Assembly (NCBI GenBank): GCA_037133055.1
Contig: JBAXOY010000071.1
Location: forward strand, 1-16,305
Source: Chlamydiota bacterium
Lineage (GTDB): Bacteria > Auribacterota > Tritonobacteria > UBA1439
Direction of reading: 5' to 3'
DNA length: 16,305 nt
Below are positions 1 to 5,785 of the stretch, in pieces. Each line of letters begins with the position of its first letter. Within the stretch, counting starts at the first letter, position 1. The notes under the pieces were generated by a model. That model searched no databases. It was given only the letters and a program-made list of their open reading frames with translations, and was not told the origin of the DNA. The position numbers and the translations under genes were made by a program.

Positions 1-56
1 TATAAAAGGAGACCATTACCTTTTCTATCCACTCCCCCTATCCGCCATTTCGGGGC

Positions 57-86
57 GGGATGCGACTGGTTGGGATGCGACCGGCT
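57..86. repeat. 15-nt tandem repeat directly after the stop codon of the 87-1706 gene
   Basis: GGGATGCGACTGGTT / GGGATGCGACCGGCT (13/15 identical). Confidence 0.7.
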
Positions 87-1706
87 TTACCGTATCCCGA
101 ACTTCGCGCTCACATCGAGGAACGCGTCGGCCCGCCCCGTGATCGGCTTCGACGGGTCGAAGAACGCGACCAGGATCTCATACGCCCCGATCGGTGCGCC
201 CGCGGGCAGATTCAGGCTGAGCAGAGGATGCTGGAACGGCGCGTCGAGGCGCGGGACGTTCGAGGCGAGGGGCTTTAAGTTCGGCCCGAGCGTCATCGTG
301 TCGAGCATGGAACCGCCCGGCATAATGATCACCGAGAAGACGGTGAACGGGCGCTCGATCGGCTCGTTGAGCTTGAAGGTCGCAGAGAAGTAGTCGCCCG
401 GCGAGAATTCAGTTCCGTTCAGGTCGTTCTGGGCGGTCGGCACGGGCGCCGGAACCGTAGGCGAAGGTGTCGACGTAGGAGACATCTGCGTCGGCGTCCG
501 CGTCGGCGTCGCGGTGTACTGGGACGTGGGCGTGACGGTTGGCGTAGGAACCGGTCCCCCAGCGCCGAAACAATAGAGGCGCTTCGGGATGCTCGAATTG
601 TAAAACTCCGCGACGTAGAGCTTGCCGTCGGCGCTTATGGCGGGGGAACTTTGGATGACAGATCCGTTTCGATAGGACCAGAGTAGGGTGCCCGACCCGT
701 CACACGCCACCACCGAGTTAAAGGTCGGGCAGAAGACCCTGCCGCCCTGGTCGATGACGGGTGAACCGCTGATGGCGGTCCCGACGTTATAGGACCAGAG
801 AAGAGACCCGGTGCTGCGTACCGCGTAGAGACGATTGTCGTTCGTGCCGAAGCAGATTTTCTGGTCGGCGGCGTCCACGGCGGGGCAGCAGCATGTATAG
901 AAATAGCTCCCCGTTATGTACGACCAGTCCATGGTCCCATTCGAGCGCAGTGCCAGCAGATAGTCTCCGGTGGAAGCCGTGTAAATCCTCCCGTCCGCGC
1001 CCACCGCGGGGGAAAAGTTGAAGTAGTTGGATCCCGCGCCCGTGTCATAGGTCCACACCAGAGCCCCCGAGGAGGCATTAAGGGTATAGACGGTTCCCGT
1101 GGTCGTGTCGTCCACCCGTGAATTCACTGTCACCCTCCCGGCTGCGTCGAGGGCAGCGGCAGACACAATCGGGCCGTCCGTGAAGTATGACCACCGCTGG
1201 GAGCCGGCGGATGCGAGGGCGAAGATGCAATCGGACTGCGATCCGAAGTAGATCGAGCCGTCGGCGCCGAGCGTGGTGGAGGGGACAGACCACCCCGCGT
1301 TATAACTCCATGAAAGCTGGCCGCCCGATCCGAGCACGTAGAGGTACGGCCCGCCGAAATAGACGTTCCCGTTCACATCGATGGAGGCGGTGCTGGTGGT
1401 CCCGGTTGCCAAGACGTAATAGCTCCAGGCGAACGAACCGGTGGAGGTGAAGCAGTAGAGGTTATTGTTGTTGGACCCGACAAAGATCCTGCCGTCGAGG
1501 CCGATGGCCGGCGATGAATAGTTGACTCCCTGGGGAATCTCATAGCTCCACTCGAGCGCGCAGGTGGCGGGGCCGTTCACCGTGGCCCGGCCGGTGTGCT
1601 GTGCGTCATGCTGGAACATCGGCCAGGCCGAGGCCGCGGGCTGGGCGAAGACCGCGGGTGAAATCAGGGTCAGAACGGCCGCGACGAAATACAGGATGCG
1701 TTTCAT
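87..1706 (-). CDS. Exported PQQ/BamB-like beta-propeller repeat protein with Pro/Thr linker and shared C-terminal domain (539 aa)
   Basis: Start moved from the ORF-track start (1754) to ATG 1706 (MKRILYFVAAVLTLISPAVFA, Sec-type signal peptide), preceded by AGAGGAG. WPMFQHDAQHTG motif followed by ~8 repeats of WSY..G....SSPA...DG.(I/V)Y/F.G...N.LY(A/C). PTPT linker, then the C-terminal domain at 87-434. Confidence 0.85.
   Translation of the reverse strand: MKRILYFVAAVLTLISPAVFAQPAASAWPMFQHDAQHTGRATVNGPATCALEWSYEIPQGVNYSSPAIGLDGRIFVGSNNNNLYCFTSTGSFAWSYYVLATGTTSTASIDVNGNVYFGGPYLYVLGSGGQLSWSYNAGWSVPSTTLGADGSIYFGSQSDCIFALASAGSQRWSYFTDGPIVSAAALDAAGRVTVNSRVDDTTTGTVYTLNASSGALVWTYDTGAGSNYFNFSPAVGADGRIYTASTGDYLLALRSNGTMDWSYITGSYFYTCCCPAVDAADQKICFGTNDNRLYAVRSTGSLLWSYNVGTAISGSPVIDQGGRVFCPTFNSVVACDGSGTLLWSYRNGSVIQSSPAISADGKLYVAEFYNSSIPKRLYCFGAGGPVPTPTVTPTSQYTATPTRTPTQMSPTSTPSPTVPAPVPTAQNDLNGTEFSPGDYFSATFKLNEPIERPFTVFSVIIMPGGSMLDTMTLGPNLKPLASNVPRLDAPFQHPLLSLNLPAGAPIGAYEILVAFFDPSKPITGRADAFLDVSAKFGIR
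135..511. repeat. Copy 1 of a 377-nt identical direct repeat (most of the C-terminal domain plus linker)
   Basis: Base-by-base identical to 1799-2175 (offset 1664) by manual comparison. Confidence 0.92.
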
Positions 1707-1750
1707 GACAGTGGCTCCTCTTTCGGGTTCCCCTCCGGGAGATGGAAGCG

Positions 1751-3340
1751 TCATTTTATCTCGAACTTCGCGCTGACGTCGAGGAACGCGTCGGCCCTCC
1801 CCGTGATCGGCTTCGACGGGTCGAAGAACGCGACCAGGATCTCATACGCCCCGATCGGTGCGCCCGCGGGCAGATTCAGGCTGAGCAGAGGATGCTGGAA
1901 CGGCGCGTCGAGGCGCGGGACGTTCGAGGCGAGGGGCTTTAAGTTCGGCCCGAGCGTCATCGTGTCGAGCATGGAACCGCCCGGCATAATGATCACCGAG
2001 AAGACGGTGAACGGGCGCTCGATCGGCTCGTTGAGCTTGAAGGTCGCAGAGAAGTAGTCGCCCGGCGAGAATTCAGTTCCGTTCAGGTCGTTCTGGGCGG
2101 TCGGCACGGGCGCCGGAACCGTAGGCGAAGGTGTCGACGTAGGAGACATCTGCGTCGGCGTCCGCGTCGGCGTCGTGGTCGTGGCGGGGGTCGGAACAGG
2201 CGAGCCGAGGCAGTACAGCGTGTTGTCCCACGAGCCGCAGTACAGCCGCCCGTCGTTTCCGAGGGTGGGGCCCGACCTCACCTCCCCGAGCGTCGCAAAG
2301 GTCCACAGGAGCGAGCCGGAGGCCGTGAACGCGTAGATCTTGTTGTCGTCGGAGCCGGCAAAGACCCTCCCGTCGGTTCCGAGGGCGGGGGACGCCTGCA
2401 GCATGTCGCCGGCCATGTAGCTCCATCTGAGCCCCCCCGCCGAGGTGAGCGAGAACATCTTGGGTCCGCCTCCCCATCCGCCGAAGTAAACGCCTCCCGT
2501 GCTCGAAATCGCCGGGGATCCGTATCCCCCGCCCCCGTAGGGGGAGCTCCACGAGAGTGTGCCGTTGGAATTCAGGCAGTAAAAGATGTAGGCCGAGGAC
2601 TGATAGAAAATCCTGCCATCCGCCCCGACGGCGGGAGACGATAATTCGTTCTCCCCGGTGAAGTAGCTCCAGAGGAGAGTGCCGTTCGTGTTGAAAGCGT
2701 AGAGGTTGTTGTCGATCGTGCCCGCGTTGTTGTGCCCCGTGCCTATGTAGATAGTACCGTCATCCCCGAGCGCCGGCGAAGACTCCACGACATTGGGCGA
2801 GATGTAGGACCAGCGGAAGGAACCGTTGGAGGCGATGGCGCGGATTCTGTTGTCGAGCGCGCCGACGTACACCGTCCCGTCGATCCCGATGACGGGAGAT
2901 GAGGTCACTGAGAAAAAAGTCCTGTACGACCATGCGACGGTGCCGTTGGAGTTGAAGGCCACGACCCTCGCCTGCGCGCCGTTGAACCCCACGATGATCT
3001 TTCCGGCGCTGTTCAGCGCCGGGGACGAAGTAAGGTATTGGTTGTGGGAATACGACCACTGCAGCGCGCCGGCGGGAGTGAGCGCATAGAACCTGTTGTC
3101 CCACGAGCCGAAGTATATCGTGCCGTCGCTGCCGATGGAGGGCGAGGAGTCGATGTTGTCGCCGGTGACGTAGGTCCACGCGATGACGGGCGAGGATGGC
3201 CCCGCGGATGCGCCCTGCCCGGTATGCCTCACGTTGCACCGGAACATCGGCCAGGGCGTGGATGCCAGTTGGCCTCGGGCCGGGGCGCAGAGGGAGAGGG
3301 CGAAAAAAGAGAACACCACGGTCGCGACAGATCGCTTCAT
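1751..3340 (-). CDS. Exported PQQ/BamB-like beta-propeller repeat protein, paralog of 87-1706, with the same linker and C-terminal domain (529 aa)
   Basis: ATG 3340 (MKRSVATVVFSFFALSLCAPARG, signal peptide) with GGAGGA RBS. WPMFRCNVRHTG motif, repeated WSY/SSPA/GSWDN/LYA units, C-terminal domain at 1751-2098. Confidence 0.85.
   Translation of the reverse strand: MKRSVATVVFSFFALSLCAPARGQLASTPWPMFRCNVRHTGQGASAGPSSPVIAWTYVTGDNIDSSPSIGSDGTIYFGSWDNRFYALTPAGALQWSYSHNQYLTSSPALNSAGKIIVGFNGAQARVVAFNSNGTVAWSYRTFFSVTSSPVIGIDGTVYVGALDNRIRAIASNGSFRWSYISPNVVESSPALGDDGTIYIGTGHNNAGTIDNNLYAFNTNGTLLWSYFTGENELSSPAVGADGRIFYQSSAYIFYCLNSNGTLSWSSPYGGGGYGSPAISSTGGVYFGGWGGGPKMFSLTSAGGLRWSYMAGDMLQASPALGTDGRVFAGSDDNKIYAFTASGSLLWTFATLGEVRSGPTLGNDGRLYCGSWDNTLYCLGSPVPTPATTTTPTRTPTQMSPTSTPSPTVPAPVPTAQNDLNGTEFSPGDYFSATFKLNEPIERPFTVFSVIIMPGGSMLDTMTLGPNLKPLASNVPRLDAPFQHPLLSLNLPAGAPIGAYEILVAFFDPSKPITGRADAFLDVSAKFEIK
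1799..2175. repeat. Copy 2 of the 377-nt identical direct repeat
   Basis: Identical to 135-511. Confidence 0.92.
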
Positions 3341-3398
3341 GAGAGTTCCTCCATGTAAAAAGTGCCGATGCGAGGGAAAAAGAGGCCGGATAAAACCG

Positions 3399-3416
3399 AT
3401 ATTGACATGACAATAT
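3399..3416. promoter_or_regulatory. 18-bp AT-rich near-perfect palindrome, candidate operator
   Basis: ATATTGACATGACAATAT (one mismatched pair) ~60 nt upstream of ATG 3340 in a GC-rich background. Confidence 0.5.
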
Positions 3417-3461
3417 TCCCCACGAGTGTTACAGGATAGCATTTCAGTGGCGGGAAGTAAA

Positions 3462-3495
3462 GCGTAGACGCGTTTGTCGGCGCGTAGACGCGTTT
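3462..3495. repeat. Direct repeat GCGTAGACGCGTTT x2, 20-nt period
   Basis: Copies at 3462-3475 and 3482-3495. Confidence 0.8.
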
Positions 3496-3565
3496 CCGGC
3501 GTACTGGATCACTTCTGGGGGGCTACAACCCTTGGGGACAAGGCTCTCCCAGGGCACCCATCGAA

Positions 3566-3605
3566 TAACCGTGCACCGGGCCTGAAGGCCCGGCTGCATC
3601 GGTTA
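3566..3605. repeat. GC-rich bulged hairpin (REP-like element or terminator) downstream of the peptidase gene
   Basis: TAACCG-TGCA-CCGGGCCT-GA-AGGCCCGG-C-TGCA-T-CGGTTA; no clear U-tract. Confidence 0.6.
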
Positions 3606-3634
3606 CACGATCACTGCAGCGTAAGGATACACGA

Positions 3635-3982
3635 TCATTGTATCGTGAACGGCGCGGCGGCTTCCAGGAACGCGTCTCCCCGCCCCGTGATCGGCCTCGA
3701 CGGGTCGAAGAACGCGACCAGGATCTCATACGCCCCGATCGGTGCGTCCGCGGGCAGATTCAGGCTGAACAGAGGATACTGGAACGGGACGTCGAGGCGC
3801 GGGACGTTCGAGGCGACGGGCCCGATGTTCGGCCCGAGCGTCATCGTGTTGAGCATGGAACCGCCCGGCATGATGATCACCGAGAAGACGGTGAAGGGCT
3901 GCTCGATCGACCGGTTCAGCACGAACGTCGCGTTGAACGGCGCGCCGGGGCCGAAAGTGGATCCATTCAGGTTTATCTGCGC
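3635..3982. repeat. Copy 3 (diverged) of the C-terminal-domain coding repeat
   Basis: Colinear with 87-434 without gaps. By hand count, 87/115 aa identical, and 16 nt differences over the central ~228 nt. Confidence 0.9.
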
Positions 3983-5587
3983 CGGGAGCGGCGTCGGGGT
4001 CGGCGTGGGGGTTGGGGTCGGGATCTGGTTCAGAAAGAGGCTCGCGCCGAGCGCGGGCGGGACCGACTGGTACTGGGGGGTATCGTAGTAGTCGCCCGGA
4101 CCGACATACTTGTTGGCAAACGCGTAATCGGACGCCTCCTTGAAGGAGACACGGCCGTCGCCGTCCGTATCCGCATTCACCGCCGCCCCGTCGAGCCAGG
4201 GTTGCGCGCCGGGTTTGTATCCCCGCATCGCCGCCGTCCAGTAGTAGGCCCAGTGATCGTATGTCGGGGAGGTATCTCCGTCGTAGGAAGACCTGTAATA
4301 AATCGCCGCGGTCGCGATGCACCGGTTTGACTGGTTCAAGTCATCAAGAAAGCCCCCGCTGTAGCACTGCTCCATTGCGAACATCACCGGGCAGGGGAGG
4401 CCAATCGTCATGTCCTTGAGCTGGTGGTCGTGGAGCTCGCCCCAGTTCCAGAGATTGATGTAGGCTGCCCAGCCGGATTCCTGAGTGCCGTGGTCGGTCG
4501 TGAACACGAAGAGCTGGTCGCCTGCGGTGAGGATGGAGGCGAGCTCGGCGAACACCGTCTGCACATTTGTATAGATCGCGGAATAGTTCGTGTCCACGAC
4601 CAGGTCCCCGTCGAGATCGGTCGGAGAGTTGGTCCCGTTGCTCCGATCCACCGCGGGATTCGTGCCGTCGGAAACGAGGAGATAGATGTGGTCTTTGGCA
4701 TAGCCGTATTTCAGCGTCAGGGTGCTGTAGACAAATGCGGCGTCGCCCCAGTAGCGTATATGATTATTCAACTGGTTCGCTCCCCCCGAAATAATCACGG
4801 CGTAGCAGCGCGACGCGTCCCCGGCGAAGTTCAAAGGCGCGCCCGCGGAGGCCCCTGTCTCTTCCCCAGCGGCGGGGACCTCCGCTTTCGCGGGGACGTA
4901 GGGGCTGATTACCTCGAAGGACAGGGCGTTCCCCCCGACTTTTCCCTGAATCTCCATCGGCATGCGGGCGTATTGGACGGCAACGGCCGACAGGTCCGTC
5001 GCGACGAAGACGTAGCGGCAGTCGTGGCCCCAGTTCGCGCGGGGGGCGTCGTCGATGAAGAAGACCCAGCACGTGTCCCACGGTGCGGTGACTTCGTCTT
5101 TCCCGGAGCGCAGCGTGGTCTCGCTCGATGAAACAAGAACGCGGGACGCGGAGATCTCGCTCTTCGATGTGTCGCCGCCGAGGACTTTCTCGATCACCAG
5201 GGCTTTCGCCGCGGTGAAATCGGCGCCCTCAACTTTCGGGAGCCCGGTGATCAGGCGGAGATAGGGGCGGACATCGTCGGGGCGGACATGGACCAGGAAG
5301 CGCTCCCCGCCGGCCCGTGTCTCCCAGACCTGGTGCGCGGGCTCGTTCAACAGGGCGACGGGCGCGGAGGGAGACGAGACGGAGACATCCTTGAACGACG
5401 AGAGAAGAGACGCCGCCGTGGGAGCTTTCGCCGAAAGTTTCGCGTCAGCAGGCCCGGTGGGCATCGAGGCGGCCTCTTTCACCTTTGCCCGGACCCAGGC
5501 GTCGATGCCGTCGGCGAAAGCCGCACCCGCACACACCATGGGAAAAACAAGCACGACGGCGAGACCCGCGTAAAGAGAGCGCTTCAT
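3635..5587 (-). CDS. Exported clan CD cysteine peptidase (C13 legumain/caspase-like fold) with Pro/Thr linker and shared C-terminal domain (650 aa)
   Basis: ATG 5587 (MKRSLYAGLAVVLVFPMVCAGAAFA) with AAGGAGG RBS. YAVIISGG...NHIRYWGD, LFVFTTDHG (catalytic His) and FAMEQCYSGGF (catalytic Cys) match the clan CD His-Cys dyad pattern. DxDGD motifs are present. (PT)n linker, then the C-terminal domain at 3635-3982. Confidence 0.8.
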   Translation of the reverse strand: MKRSLYAGLAVVLVFPMVCAGAAFADGIDAWVRAKVKEAASMPTGPADAKLSAKAPTAASLLSSFKDVSVSSPSAPVALLNEPAHQVWETRAGGERFLVHVRPDDVRPYLRLITGLPKVEGADFTAAKALVIEKVLGGDTSKSEISASRVLVSSSETTLRSGKDEVTAPWDTCWVFFIDDAPRANWGHDCRYVFVATDLSAVAVQYARMPMEIQGKVGGNALSFEVISPYVPAKAEVPAAGEETGASAGAPLNFAGDASRCYAVIISGGANQLNNHIRYWGDAAFVYSTLTLKYGYAKDHIYLLVSDGTNPAVDRSNGTNSPTDLDGDLVVDTNYSAIYTNVQTVFAELASILTAGDQLFVFTTDHGTQESGWAAYINLWNWGELHDHQLKDMTIGLPCPVMFAMEQCYSGGFLDDLNQSNRCIATAAIYYRSSYDGDTSPTYDHWAYYWTAAMRGYKPGAQPWLDGAAVNADTDGDGRVSFKEASDYAFANKYVGPGDYYDTPQYQSVPPALGASLFLNQIPTPTPTPTPTPLPAQINLNGSTFGPGAPFNATFVLNRSIEQPFTVFSVIIMPGGSMLNTMTLGPNIGPVASNVPRLDVPFQYPLFSLNLPADAPIGAYEILVAFFDPSRPITGRGDAFLEAAAPFTIQ

Positions 5588-5619
5588 CACTGCCTCCTTT
5601 CCTGCTCGTTCAGACGTAT

Positions 5620-5628
5620 AGTATAGCA
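5620..5628 (-). promoter_or_regulatory. Possible extended -10 promoter element for the peptidase gene
   Basis: TGCTATACT (TGn + TATACT) 33 nt upstream of ATG 5587; no convincing -35. Confidence 0.45.
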
Positions 5629-5709
5629 CATGGCCTGCCTCGAAGGCGAAAACATTCTGCGCTCACCGGGCAGCGCAGTTGTTGCATGTAATCGCTTCTT
5701 GAAGTAGAA

Positions 5710-5749
5710 GTTACACGCTTATTCGCCCCGGGGCGAATAAGCGTGTAAC
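5710..5749. repeat. Perfect 40-bp palindrome with no spacer
   Basis: GTTACACGCTTATTCGCCCC|GGGGCGAATAAGCGTGTAAC is exactly self-complementary. Confidence 0.95.
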
Positions 5750-5785
5750 ATACTCCGGCACTTAAAGTTATGTAAAACATCTGCG

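Noticed and set aside
1..56. Start of a further minus-strand gene (ATG at 16) or a terminator at the window edge
   Set aside because: Only five codons are visible, RBS spacing is poor and the hairpins are weak; it cannot be supported.
87..3340. True PQQ-dependent dehydrogenases or BamB orthologs
   Set aside because: Only the generic propeller repeat is evident. The passengers are short for quinoprotein dehydrogenases, there is no convincing lipobox, and there is no bam or pqq gene context.
87..3982. Diversity-generating retroelement (TR/VR pair) explaining the repeated 3' gene ends
   Set aside because: Differences between copies are not adenine-specific (C/T, C/G and G/C changes occur), all copies are in-frame gene ends, and no reverse transcriptase is in the window.
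5687..5773. Integron attC site (TAAC...GTTA ends) making the CTD genes cassettes
   Set aside because: The central palindrome is perfect and lacks the extrahelical bases of attC, the boxes do not fit RYYYAAC/GTTRRRY well, equivalent sites are not found after each gene, and no integrase is present.
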